From the NCBI GenBank assembly GCA_001800135.1, contig MGUU01000011.1, forward strand, positions 8,842 to 72,841: 64,000 nt of DNA. The letters run 5' to 3'. A program made the position numbers and the translations under genes. The stretch's first letter is position 1. The number at the start of each line of letters is the position of its first letter. The notes under the pieces are model-generated. The model was not told where the DNA came from. It searched no databases and worked only from the letters and a program-made list of their open reading frames with translations. The DNA is from Elusimicrobia bacterium RIFCSPLOWO2_02_FULL_39_32. Its GTDB lineage: Bacteria > Elusimicrobiota > Elusimicrobia > 2-02-FULL-39-32. Shown here one piece after another: positions 48,466 to 59,299 of the stretch.

Positions 48466-50106
48466 TTAAACCGACTTTTTCACATAAGTGATCATTTCTT
48501 TAATTCCCGGGAACAGTGGATCTAATTTTTGAACCTGATCAAAACTTTCTAAACTTTTTTTATACTCTTTTAGATTAAAATATGCAATCCCTAAATTATA
48601 ATAAGCTCTTAAAAATTTTGGATCCAATTCTAAAGATTTTAAATAATAATGCGCAGCTAATGAATACTCTTTTTTTTCTAAATGCGCATTCCCTAAATTA
48701 TAATAGCTTTCCATAGTGTTAGGATTCATTTCAATAGCTTTTAAGTAAGATTCAATGGCTCTATCCAGATTCCCTAACTGACGATAATGCAGCCCTAATT
48801 GACTATACGCTCTGTAGTGATAGGGGTACTGGGTGATCACTTCTTGCCATAACTCAATTGGATTTCTAAATTTTTGATTTCTTTCCCAACTTAAATAAGA
48901 ACAACTCCCAATAAAACCTGCCCATAAAAGCAGGAAACCTATATTCTTTCTAATAAAAAGAGCTTCATCCATCTTAACTTTAAACAAGGAAAAAATCAGC
49001 AGCGCCAGAACTAAAAAAAATCCAATATTGGGGAGATAAACTCTATTTTCAACCAAAAGGCTTGTGGTTGGAAAAAAACTTGAGGTTGGAGACAAGGTGA
49101 CAATAAACCAAAGGCATCCAAATAGGTGCAGCAACTTTTTTTTCTGTTTTTTCCAGACCATAAAGATTCCCATTGCAAATAGAAGCAATAGAGTCAGCCA
49201 GGAAAGAAAAATTCTCGGCGTAAAAAAAGAGAGCTGCGGTAAGAGAGCGTGGTCAATGGAAAAGTTTTGAGGAAAAAGATTCATCTTAAGATATTTTAAA
49301 ATCACAAAAGGCTGATTTAAGATATAGGCGCTTCTGGGAAGCGTGGAATAAGCCTCTAAATCTCCCACTCCTCCTAAATAAACCATTCTAAATAAAAGAT
49401 ATAAAAAAAATATAAAGAAAAAGGGAATAGTAGCGCGAATTCTGATGATTACTTTTTTCCAATCACATTCTGAAAGAATTGCAACTAAGATCAAAAGAAT
49501 GGCTGGCAAAGTAACCGCGTTTTGTTTGGAAAAAAGAGCAGCTATAAAAAACAGCATTGAAAAAATAATGTAAAAACTTTTTTTCAACGCGCTCCCCATT
49601 CCCTCTGGATGAGAATAAAAAATAATTTTCCAGTAATGCAGAAAAAAAATCAAAGAACAAAGATAAAAAAATGTTGCAAGAAGTTCAGCTCGGCTAAAAA
49701 TATAAGTGACAGCATTGGTTTGCATGGGATGAGAAATAAAAAGAATAGAAACTAAAAAAGGAATCCAAAAAGAATCGCGCTGATCTTTTAAAAAAATTAT
49801 TTCTCTAATTAAAACAAAAACTAGAAGGGAAGAGAGGATGTGAAGCAAAAGATTAAAAAGATGATAGCCAATGGGATTCAAGCCTCCCCAAAGATAGTTT
49901 AAGGTAAAAGTAAAATAGGTGATTGGCCTGGAAGGATCATTTTGGTTTGCTAAACGTTGTGCCTGCGGATCAAAATTTAAATAAGAACTCTTAAAATTTG
50001 ATAAGCTGCGAATTTCACTATTATCTGCAATTTTTGACAGATCGTCAAAAATAAAAGGCGCATCTAAAGAATGAGAATAAATTAGGAGCGCCCACAGAAT
50101 AAGCAC
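48466..50106 (-). CDS. polytopic membrane protein with C-terminal TPR repeats (TMTC/PMT-like GT-C glycosyltransferase candidate)
   Basis: N-terminal loop FIFDDLSKIADN (a DD motif as in GT-C mannosyltransferases), ~11 TM helices, and about four C-terminal TPR units (AYSQLGLHY...AYYNLGIAY). Confidence 0.45.
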   Translation of the reverse strand: MLILWALLIYSHSLDAPFIFDDLSKIADNSEIRSLSNFKSSYLNFDPQAQRLANQNDPSRPITYFTFTLNYLWGGLNPIGYHLFNLLLHILSSLLVFVLIREIIFLKDQRDSFWIPFLVSILFISHPMQTNAVTYIFSRAELLATFFYLCSLIFFLHYWKIIFYSHPEGMGSALKKSFYIIFSMLFFIAALFSKQNAVTLPAILLILVAILSECDWKKVIIRIRATIPFFFIFFLYLLFRMVYLGGVGDLEAYSTLPRSAYILNQPFVILKYLKMNLFPQNFSIDHALLPQLSFFTPRIFLSWLTLLLLFAMGIFMVWKKQKKKLLHLFGCLWFIVTLSPTSSFFPTTSLLVENRVYLPNIGFFLVLALLIFSLFKVKMDEALFIRKNIGFLLLWAGFIGSCSYLSWERNQKFRNPIELWQEVITQYPYHYRAYSQLGLHYRQLGNLDRAIESYLKAIEMNPNTMESYYNLGNAHLEKKEYSLAAHYYLKSLELDPKFLRAYYNLGIAYFNLKEYKKSLESFDQVQKLDPLFPGIKEMITYVKKSV

Positions 50107-50135
50107 AGCCCCTGCAAAATAAGTTCTAATATTTC

Positions 50136-50801
50136 CTAAAATGGATCCAATGCCCCCGCTTCTTTAAAGCCTTTAGCTCTTAAAATGCAACTATCACATT
50201 CTTTGCAAGGGCTTCTCCCGCCTTGATAACAAGACCAGGTAAGTTCATAAGGAACTTTTAGTTTTAAGCCTAATTGAATGATCTTAGCCTTACTCATTTT
50301 AACTAATGGCGCAAGAATCTTAAATTTTTTTCCTTCCGTTCCTATTTTTGTGCCTAAAAGCGCTGCTTTTTCCATGGCATTCAGATATTGTGGCCGACAA
50401 TCAGGATAGCCGCTATAATCAATGGCATTCGCTCCAATTACAATCGCATCTGCCTGAATTGCATCTGCATAGGAGAGAGCAAAACTTAAAAAAATAGTAT
50501 TTCTCGCTGGCACATAAGTGGAAGGAATTCCGCTAGAAATCATCTTTTCTAGCTTTCTTTTTTTAGGGAGCTTTAAACTTTTATCCAAAAGAGCGCTCCC
50601 TTTCCATGGAAGAGAGAATTTAACTTGAAGGTAAAAAGATTTTGTTTTGCGCGCGATTTTAATTGCGCTCCCTATCTCTTTTTTATGCCTTTGGCCATAA
50701 TCAAAAATCAGAACAAAAGTTTGATACCCCTTACTTTTTGCCCAATAAAGAGAAGTGGTTGAATCTAAACCGCCGGAAAGTAAAACAACTGCTTTTTTCA
50801 T
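50136..50801 (-). CDS. queC: 7-cyano-7-deazaguanine synthase
   Basis: PP-loop SGGLDSTT and a C-terminal Zn cysteine cluster (CGKCDSC-like C..C..C). Confidence 0.9.
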   Translation of the reverse strand: MKKAVVLLSGGLDSTTSLYWAKSKGYQTFVLIFDYGQRHKKEIGSAIKIARKTKSFYLQVKFSLPWKGSALLDKSLKLPKKRKLEKMISSGIPSTYVPARNTIFLSFALSYADAIQADAIVIGANAIDYSGYPDCRPQYLNAMEKAALLGTKIGTEGKKFKILAPLVKMSKAKIIQLGLKLKVPYELTWSCYQGGRSPCKECDSCILRAKGFKEAGALDPF

Positions 50802-50901
50802 TTTAATAAATTCTTTTATGAAGATACTATATTCCTAAAATCGAGGCAAATCCAATTAAAAATAAAGGGAATCTTATCTTATGATATAGTAAAATAATCC
50901 A

Positions 50902-51951
50902 ATGAATTTATCTGAATTTGACTATTTTCTTCCCAAAGAACTGATCGCCCAAGAAGGTTTAAAAGAGCGTGAAAACGCAAAACTAATGGTGGTTTATCCT
51001 GACAATAAAAGGGAAGACCATTTTATAAACGAGTTGCCCAGTTTTTTTAAAAAGGGCGATTTGGTTGTGCTCAATGACACCAGAGTACTTTCCACCAAAC
51101 TCATAGGCCAAAAAGAAACTGGGGGTAAAATTGACTGCCTCCTACTGCCTGATTTTTACTCTAAAGAAACAGATTTGTCTCCGGGAGAAAAAGAGGCTCT
51201 GATTCGAGGACCAAAAATTAAAGTTGGAACAAAACTTAAATTTTTTCCAAACCAGATCCCGGAAGAGACGCGTGTTTTACATGCCACTGTGATTGAAAAA
51301 ATAAAAGGAACCTGTTTTCGAATCGCGTTTGATGATCCCAGCTTAATCCCTTTATGCGCCATACTTCCTCTTCCCCCTTATATTAAAAAAAAACTAGAGG
51401 ATCCAGAAAGATACCAAACGATCTATGCTAAAAAAGAGGGGGCTTTAGCCGCGCCTACAGCAGGTCTTCATTTTACCGCAAAACTAATGGAAGAGTTAGA
51501 AAAGTTAGGTGTAGAATTTGTTTTCCTAACTCTGCACATTGGCATAGGAACCTTTGCTCCCATACGCGCTGAAAAATTAGAAGAATGGAAGATGCACCCA
51601 GAATATTATAAAGTAAATGAATTTGCAGCCCAGAAAATTAACCAAGCGATCGGCTTAAAAAAAAGAATTTTTGCTGTGGGCACAACAACGGTGCGAACCT
51701 TAGAATCCTGTTTTAATGGAGAATTTGTGGAAGCTAAAGAAGGATGGACAAATCTTTTTATTATTCCCGGCGCTGTTTTTAAATTTCCTTATGCAGGACT
51801 TCTAACGAACTTCCATTTGCCTAAATCATCTTTAATCCTTCTAGCCTCTGCTTTTATGGGCAAAGAAAAATTGTTAGAAGCGTACCAAGAAGCAATCGCT
51901 AAAAAGTATCGTTTTTATAGTTTTGGAGACGCAATGCTTATTCTCCATTAA
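50902..51951 (+). CDS. queA: S-adenosylmethionine:tRNA ribosyltransferase-isomerase
   Basis: DFDY.LP.ELIAQ N-terminus and the QueA fold motifs. Confidence 0.9.
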   Translation: MNLSEFDYFLPKELIAQEGLKERENAKLMVVYPDNKREDHFINELPSFFKKGDLVVLNDTRVLSTKLIGQKETGGKIDCLLLPDFYSKETDLSPGEKEALIRGPKIKVGTKLKFFPNQIPEETRVLHATVIEKIKGTCFRIAFDDPSLIPLCAILPLPPYIKKKLEDPERYQTIYAKKEGALAAPTAGLHFTAKLMEELEKLGVEFVFLTLHIGIGTFAPIRAEKLEEWKMHPEYYKVNEFAAQKINQAIGLKKRIFAVGTTTVRTLESCFNGEFVEAKEGWTNLFIIPGAVFKFPYAGLLTNFHLPKSSLILLASAFMGKEKLLEAYQEAIAKKYRFYSFGDAMLILH

Positions 51952-52004
51952 ACCGAAACATTCATTTATGAAAAACAAAATGACAAAAGGCTCATTTTTT
52001 CTAA

Positions 52005-53123
<1,119 letters not shown>

Positions 53124-53161
53124 TTTTCATCCGAATAAGTTAAAATATATTTAAATAGGGC

Positions 53162-53899
53162 ATGAATAAAACAGAATCTAAAATTTTTGAAAAAATAAGT
53201 CATCGTCCATTGGTTGTCGCATCCATTCCTGACGAAAAAAAAATCCTAAACATGGTTCAGAAAGCGAACCAAACTGGGGCGGATCTTTTAGAACTAAGAT
53301 TAGATGCCTTTGCTTTTAAAAATAAAGAAAAACTATTTGGAATTGCTCAAGAAATCCGCAAAAAAACATCGCTGCCAATCATTGCAACGCTCCGCAGCCC
53401 AAAAGAACAAGGACGCCAAGTTCTAAAATCCGATTGGAATGATGACGAAAGAAAAGAAATTTATGAAAAATTATTACCGATTGTGGATTGTATTGATATA
53501 GAGCTTTCCTCAAATTCCATCAATCAGGCTTTAATAAAACATGCCCATAAACTCCAAAAAAAAGTAATTCTTTCTTATCACGACTTTCATTCCATGCCTC
53601 AAGAAAAAGAGATTTTGCTTCTTGTTAAGAAATTTAAGCAACTCTCTGGAGATATTTTTAAAATCGCTGGTCTGGCAAACAGTTGGGAGGAAACCATTCG
53701 CTTTCTTTACACCTGCTCGCGTCTTAATTCTATAAACAGGATTTTTATTGCTATGGGCGAAATAGGAAAATTTTCCAGAATCGCGGGCTTTTGTTTTGGA
53801 TCTTGTCTTACCTACGGATCACTCAGCCAAAAAACAGCTCCTGGACAAATCCCTATTGCCACATTGTCCCGTCAGCTTAAAATGCTTTATTCTTTTTAA
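53162..53899 (+). CDS. aroD: 3-dehydroquinate dehydratase type I
   Basis: Type I DHQase pattern (ADLLELRLD...I.T.R...EGG). Confidence 0.7.
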   Translation: MNKTESKIFEKISHRPLVVASIPDEKKILNMVQKANQTGADLLELRLDAFAFKNKEKLFGIAQEIRKKTSLPIIATLRSPKEQGRQVLKSDWNDDERKEIYEKLLPIVDCIDIELSSNSINQALIKHAHKLQKKVILSYHDFHSMPQEKEILLLVKKFKQLSGDIFKIAGLANSWEETIRFLYTCSRLNSINRIFIAMGEIGKFSRIAGFCFGSCLTYGSLSQKTAPGQIPIATLSRQLKMLYSF

Positions 53900-53900
53900 A

Positions 53901-56900
53901 ATGAGCCTATTTCTACAAGAACTCTCGCGCAAAGTGCTAATTTTTGATGGCGCCATGGGCACCAATATTCAGTACCTTAACCTAAATGAAAAAGACTTTG
54001 ACGGCAAGGAAGGCTGTAATGAAATTTTAGTCTTAACCAAACCAGAAGCTGTAGAAAAAATTCATGAAAGTTTTTTCCAGGCTGGCTGCGACGCGGTTGA
54101 AACCGACACTTTTGGTTCTAACCGAATTGTGCTTGCTGAATATGATCTTGCGGACAAAACCCTAGAACTTAATGAAAAAGCAGCTCTCTTGGCGCGTAGA
54201 GTCGCCAAAAAATTTTCAACAGAAAATAAACCTCGTTTTGTAATTGGATCTGTAGGTCCAACCACCAAACTCCCCACCTTAGGGCATATTAGTTTTGATG
54301 AAATGTTTTCTGTGTTTTCTGAACAGATACAAGGGTTACTGCAAGGAGGGGTGGATGCTGTTTTAATTGAAACCTGCCAGGATATATTGCAATCAAAAAT
54401 TGGCGTGATTGCGGCTAACAGCATGATGGATAAGATGGGACTTCGAGTACCGATCATTTGTCAAGTCACAATGGAACAGACAGGGACTATGCTTCTAGGT
54501 ACAGAGATTGGTTCTGCGCTCACCACTCTTGAAATGCTGCCAATTGATATTATTGGAATAAACTGCGCCACTGGCCCAAGAGAAATGATCGAACATATCC
54601 GCTTCCTCTCTAAAACTACAGAAAAAATGATTTCTGTTCTTCCCAACGCAGGATTGCCAGAAAATGTTGGCGGCAGAGCTGTTTATAAACTAACCCCTGA
54701 TGAATTCGCAAATTATCATGAAAGGTTTGTGCAAGAATTTGGCGTAAACATTATAGGCGGATGCTGCGGCACAACTCCTGAACATTTAGCCAAAGCAGCT
54801 GAAAAAATTGGGACTTGTTCTCCTAAAAAAAGAGAAATTATTAAAGAAAGAAATGCCTCGAGTCTTTATACAGCAGTTTCCTACACCCAAGAGCCGCGTC
54901 CGCTTTTAATAGGAGAAAGAACCAATGCCAATGGCAGCCGTCAATTTAAAAAACTTTTAGAAAAAGAAGATTATGAGGCCATTAGCCAAATGGCAAAAGA
55001 CGCTGTAAAAGAAGGGTCCCATCTTTTAGACGTGTGTGTAGCTTATGTGGGCAGAAACGAAGTTAAAGATATGAATGAGGTTCTATTCCGTTTAAATCAA
55101 CAGGTTACCATTCCATTAGTGATTGATTCCACGGAAAGTCCAGTAATTGAGGAAGCTTTAAAAAGAATTAGCGGCAAAGTGATTATTAACTCCATCAATT
55201 TAGAAGATGGAGAAGAACGAATGAAAAAAATCTGCCCCTTAGCAAAAAAATATGGGGCAGGACTTATTGCTTTAACCATTGATGAAAAAGGCATGGCTAA
55301 AGATCGCTTTAAAAAACTTGAGATTGCGGAACGCATTCATAAATTAGCTACAGAAAAGTATGGAATTAAAGAGGAGGATCTTTTCTTTGATACTCTTACC
55401 TTTACCTTAGGCAGCGGGGATGAAGAGTTTCGGACTGCCGGCATTGAAACCATTGAAGGCATCAGGCTGATTAAACAAAAATTTCCTAAAGTAAAAACCA
55501 TTTTAGGCGTAAGCAATATCTCTTTTGGTTTAGACCCTGAATCCAGAACCGTTTTAAATAGTGTTTTTCTTCATTATGCGATAGAAGCTGGGTTAGACGC
55601 CGCGATTGTGCATGTCAGCAAAATCATTCCCCTTTTTAAAATTGAAGAAGCGGTAAAAGAAATTTGTAAACGGCTTATTTTAAATGAGCAAGCAAAGAGC
55701 GATCCTCTGCGAGATTTAATCGCCTATTTTCAAAAAAACAAAAAAACTGCGCCTGAAGAAAAAAAAGCAATACATTCTCTTTCCTTAGAAGAATCTCTAA
55801 AGAATCGAATTATTGAAGGCTATAGAGAAAATATGGATAAAGATTTGGAAGAGGCTCTTAAAAAATATCCGCCACTTCAAATTATCAATGAATTTTTAAT
55901 GGATGGGATGAAGGTAGTGGGAGAACTTTTTGGCTCAGGCAAAATGCAGCTTCCCTTTGTTTTACAATCTGCGGAAGTCATGAAAAAAGCCGTGGCTTAT
56001 CTAGAGCCCTTTATGGAAAAAGTAAGCGGAATGGAAAAAGGCAAGATTGTGCTGGCTACTGTAAAAGGAGACGTGCACGATATTGGCAAAAATTTAGTGG
56101 ATATTATTCTCACTAATAATGGTTACAAGGTTTTTAATCTAGGCATTAAACAGCCGATTGATACCATCCTTCAAGCCTCCATTGAACACCAAGCAGATTT
56201 AATTGGACTTTCCGGACTCTTAGTAAAATCCACTTTAATCATGAAAGAAAATTTAGAAGAAATGAATAAGCGCGGAATCTCTCTGCCAGTTATTTGCGGT
56301 GGAGCTGCTTTAACCAGAAAATATGTGGAAGAGGATCTACAAAATCTTTATCAAGGAAAAGTTTTCTATGGGCAAGACGCTTTTTCTGCGTTAAAAGTGA
56401 TGGAAGAATTAAAAAAATCCAGCTCTCAAAAAGAAAAAGATAAAAAACCTGCACTTCAAAAAAAGAAAATCATTCAGGATAATGAATCCATTCTAATTCC
56501 GAAACGTTCTAATGCAAGCATGGATCACCCCATCCCTAAACCTCCATTTTGGGGATACAAAATCCTTAAAAATATCTCTTTAAGACAAATATTCCCTTAC
56601 ATTAATACCACTGCTCTTTTCAAAGGACAGTGGCAATTTAAGCAGGCGGGTTTATCAAACGAAGAATATGAAAAAATTTTAAAGGAAAAAGTTGAACCTT
56701 TATTCCAGACCATGCAAGAAAAATGTATTCGGGAAAAAATTCTTGAGCCAAAAGTAATAGTCGGTTATTATCCTTGTTGTTCGGAAAATGATGATTTAAT
56801 TGTTTTTGACGAAAGCCAAAAAAAAGAGCTTACGCGCTTTACTTTCCCCAGACAAAAAAAACCCCCTTTCTGGTGCATTTCTGATTTTTTTAGGCCCAAA

Positions 56901-57323
56901 GAAAAAGGCGAGATAGATGTGGTGGGGTTTCAAATAGTGACTATTGGAGAACGGGCTTCAGAAATAGAGAAAAAACTTTTTGAATCTAACCAATACACAG
57001 ATTATCTTTATCTTCATGGCATTTCTGTAGAATCAGCAGAAGCTCTAGCAGAACTAGTACACCAGATGATCCGTAAAGATTTAGGTTTTCAGGATCAAGA
57101 AGGCCAAAATACAGGAGATTTATTTAAACAAAAATATCAGGGTTCTCGTTATAGCTTTGGTTATCCAGCCTGCCCTAATTTAGAAGATCAAGAAAAACTT
57201 TTTAAAATATTGCCCGCGGAAAAAATTGGCATGAGTTTAACTGAAGAATTTGAGTTAGTGCCAGAACAATCCACCAGCGCCATCATCGTCCACCACCCTG
57301 AAGCCAAATATTTTCTCATTTAA
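53901..57323 (+). CDS. metH: cobalamin-dependent methionine synthase
   Basis: Hcy-binding, pterin-binding, B12-binding (GDVHDIGKN, DxHxxG) and AdoMet-activation domains. ATG 53901 immediately follows the aroD stop. Confidence 0.9.
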   Translation: MSLFLQELSRKVLIFDGAMGTNIQYLNLNEKDFDGKEGCNEILVLTKPEAVEKIHESFFQAGCDAVETDTFGSNRIVLAEYDLADKTLELNEKAALLARRVAKKFSTENKPRFVIGSVGPTTKLPTLGHISFDEMFSVFSEQIQGLLQGGVDAVLIETCQDILQSKIGVIAANSMMDKMGLRVPIICQVTMEQTGTMLLGTEIGSALTTLEMLPIDIIGINCATGPREMIEHIRFLSKTTEKMISVLPNAGLPENVGGRAVYKLTPDEFANYHERFVQEFGVNIIGGCCGTTPEHLAKAAEKIGTCSPKKREIIKERNASSLYTAVSYTQEPRPLLIGERTNANGSRQFKKLLEKEDYEAISQMAKDAVKEGSHLLDVCVAYVGRNEVKDMNEVLFRLNQQVTIPLVIDSTESPVIEEALKRISGKVIINSINLEDGEERMKKICPLAKKYGAGLIALTIDEKGMAKDRFKKLEIAERIHKLATEKYGIKEEDLFFDTLTFTLGSGDEEFRTAGIETIEGIRLIKQKFPKVKTILGVSNISFGLDPESRTVLNSVFLHYAIEAGLDAAIVHVSKIIPLFKIEEAVKEICKRLILNEQAKSDPLRDLIAYFQKNKKTAPEEKKAIHSLSLEESLKNRIIEGYRENMDKDLEEALKKYPPLQIINEFLMDGMKVVGELFGSGKMQLPFVLQSAEVMKKAVAYLEPFMEKVSGMEKGKIVLATVKGDVHDIGKNLVDIILTNNGYKVFNLGIKQPIDTILQASIEHQADLIGLSGLLVKSTLIMKENLEEMNKRGISLPVICGGAALTRKYVEEDLQNLYQGKVFYGQDAFSALKVMEELKKSSSQKEKDKKPALQKKKIIQDNESILIPKRSNASMDHPIPKPPFWGYKILKNISLRQIFPYINTTALFKGQWQFKQAGLSNEEYEKILKEKVEPLFQTMQEKCIREKILEPKVIVGYYPCCSENDDLIVFDESQKKELTRFTFPRQKKPPFWCISDFFRPKEKGEIDVVGFQIVTIGERASEIEKKLFESNQYTDYLYLHGISVESAEALAELVHQMIRKDLGFQDQEGQNTGDLFKQKYQGSRYSFGYPACPNLEDQEKLFKILPAEKIGMSLTEEFELVPEQSTSAIIVHHPEAKYFLI

Positions 57324-57420
57324 AAATAGCTCCAAATCCGTATGGTTATAATTATTAGCTACACTTCTGGATTAAATGGTCAATAATGGATAAAAATTTC
57401 TATGAATGTGCACGGTCCCT

Positions 57421-57747
57421 TTAGGCAAAGACAAGTGCTTTCTCAATCTGTGGAAGAACCTTTCGTTCCTGTTTTGGATTCAGAAGAAAATGATATGCAT
57501 GAAGACCCAACGCCTCCGCGTAACGAGCCACACGCTCCAAGCTGGCGTTGTGTAATCCACCATTTTTAAGATCCCGCCAAATATTTTGCCGATGAATCCC
57601 CGTAGATTTAGCCAAGTCATTGTAGCTCCACCCACGATCTTCTAGCGCCAACAAAATCTGAACCTCCAGCTTAAAAAAACGCTGACGGTATTCAAACTCA
57701 GCTCGAACCTTAGGGTTTTCAAGTTTTCGATTAAGCATGCCTTTCAT
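57421..57747 (-). CDS. HTH XRE-family DNA-binding protein, putative HigA-like antitoxin
   Basis: HTH segment LALEDRGWSYNDLAKSTGIHRQNIWRDL. It overlaps the upstream toxin-like gene by 17 nt. Confidence 0.65.
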   Translation of the reverse strand: MKGMLNRKLENPKVRAEFEYRQRFFKLEVQILLALEDRGWSYNDLAKSTGIHRQNIWRDLKNGGLHNASLERVARYAEALGLHAYHFLLNPKQERKVLPQIEKALVFA

Positions 57748-58141
57748 AGTAAGTTCCTCCTTTCACACGCAATAAATAGTCGTTCTTAGAAGCGATGACT
57801 GTTTTCAGCAAAGAGATGTCCTTCTTCATCATCTGTTGAGAATGTTTTCTGTAAGCGTTGACAATAATGATCTTTTTCCCAACCGTCACAAAATTGAAAA
57901 ATCGATGGTCTTTGGGTTTAAATGCATAGATTTTGTTTTCAGCATCCTCTTCATTGTATAAAGTCTTAGGTAACCTCGTTCCCAACGGACTGTCAGCGAA
58001 ATAGACCACAATATCGTCAAGCCGTTTCTGCTCTTCAGGAGAAATGCCCTCATAGTATTTCTTCGCTTTCATTCGTCCAGAGGATTCCCTATACCACTCA
58101 ACCGTAAATGTTGAACCTTGGTAATAGATATAATCAGTCAT
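57731..58141 (-). CDS. Gp49/HigB-like (RelE/ParE superfamily) toxin candidate
   Basis: C-terminal IYAFKP...RFFNFVTVGKKIIIVNAYRKHSQ.M..KDI resembles the Gp49-like/HigB pattern (LYEFRP..RI.YF...GK.IVLLHGF.KK.QK). It sits upstream of an XRE HTH gene. Confidence 0.5.
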   Translation of the reverse strand: MTDYIYYQGSTFTVEWYRESSGRMKAKKYYEGISPEEQKRLDDIVVYFADSPLGTRLPKTLYNEEDAENKIYAFKPKDHRFFNFVTVGKKIIIVNAYRKHSQQMMKKDISLLKTVIASKNDYLLRVKGGTYYERHA

Positions 58142-58177
58142 ACTTATATTGTAATCATTTAAGATTACTTGTCAAGA

Positions 58178-58186
58178 GGGGGGGGG
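58178..58186. repeat. homopolymeric G9 tract (C9 on the coding strand), 37 nt upstream of the toxin-like gene start
   Basis: Read directly (aagagGGGGGGGGGtgcg). Unusual in a ~35% GC genome. Confidence 0.9.
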
Positions 58187-58368
58187 TGCGATTCTTGTCA
58201 TCGAAAATTTTTTTAGGCTGAGTTCTGCAAAAATATCTTGATGGTCAAAACTATTCTTACTTAACTGGCCGCAAGAAACTACTGGCAAATCGGCGTGGAT
58301 CATGGATTAATCTGTTATTCCCTCATCACCAGCACCGTTTACTGCTATAAAACTTGGTTGTAATTTTT

Positions 58369-58764
58369 CTAAATGACATTGATAATTACAAAGATGCCAA
58401 CGAACAACAACCCTAATAGAAAAAATACCGTAAGGGTGGGATAAAGATATTTCATAAAACCCTCATGCTTGACAGCTAAGCGCTTATAATTGTCCTTCAA
58501 ATTCTCAGGCGAAATATCCGCAGCAAGACGATAACCTAATCCTGCTAAAGCTATATAAACATATATAACACCTGTCATGACAGTTAAGACCAATAATATA
58601 AGCCCGTAAATGGAGATGCATTTACATGTCAGATTTGATGGATGATTGAATAAAAAGAAAAATGTAAAAGAAATTACTGCCGTTGATAAACCAATTATCC
58701 ACTTAGAATATGACAACTGTTGCTCATTAATGAACCACGCTGCTTTTTCCTTATCCAAAAACAT
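58369..58764 (-). CDS. hypothetical small membrane protein (4 TM)
   Basis: Hydrophobic 131-aa ORF in an AT-rich segment. Confidence 0.4.
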   Translation of the reverse strand: MFLDKEKAAWFINEQQLSYSKWIIGLSTAVISFTFFFLFNHPSNLTCKCISIYGLILLVLTVMTGVIYVYIALAGLGYRLAADISPENLKDNYKRLAVKHEGFMKYLYPTLTVFFLLGLLFVGIFVIINVI

Positions 58765-58788
58765 CTCCTTTAATAAAGTTAATTCCTT

Positions 58789-59088
58789 TTAGAACAGCTT
58801 AAGTTTTCTTCTCAAAATTTTATACATAAACGGGGTCAATATTAAGGAAAATAATAAGAATAGAATTGACCGGTGAAAATGGGGCAGAAATAAATTGATA
58901 CTAAAAGTCTCTGTTAAGAAATTTATTATTCCGAAAATAATTACAGACAAAAAGAATGAAACAAAAAATGCTAAGAGTATATAGATAAATTTAGTTACGA
59001 CAGATTCCTCAGGTTTGAATTCAGGGTTTCTCTTCTTAATAAACCAGAATATAATAGAAATGATTACGATAATAAATAATAATCTCAT
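58789..59088 (-). CDS. hypothetical small membrane protein (3 TM)
   Basis: Hydrophobic 99-aa ORF in an AT-rich segment. Confidence 0.35.
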   Translation of the reverse strand: MRLLFIIVIISIIFWFIKKRNPEFKPEESVVTKFIYILLAFFVSFFLSVIIFGIINFLTETFSINLFLPHFHRSILFLLFSLILTPFMYKILRRKLKLF

Positions 59089-59299
59089 ATTAAAAATTTA
59101 TGGAATTGGGTACGATCTTGATTTTTTGATTTACCCACAAATCTCCTTGTTAAATACTTCTCAAAATTAGAGTATTTTTCATGTATTCGGCACTGCAGGA
59201 TCCTTACACATACCTGCAGCAAACCCTTATTGATAAATGCTAAAATTTTTAAATCTCTATGGCATGGAAGACAACCAGCCCTACGAAAAACAAATCATT

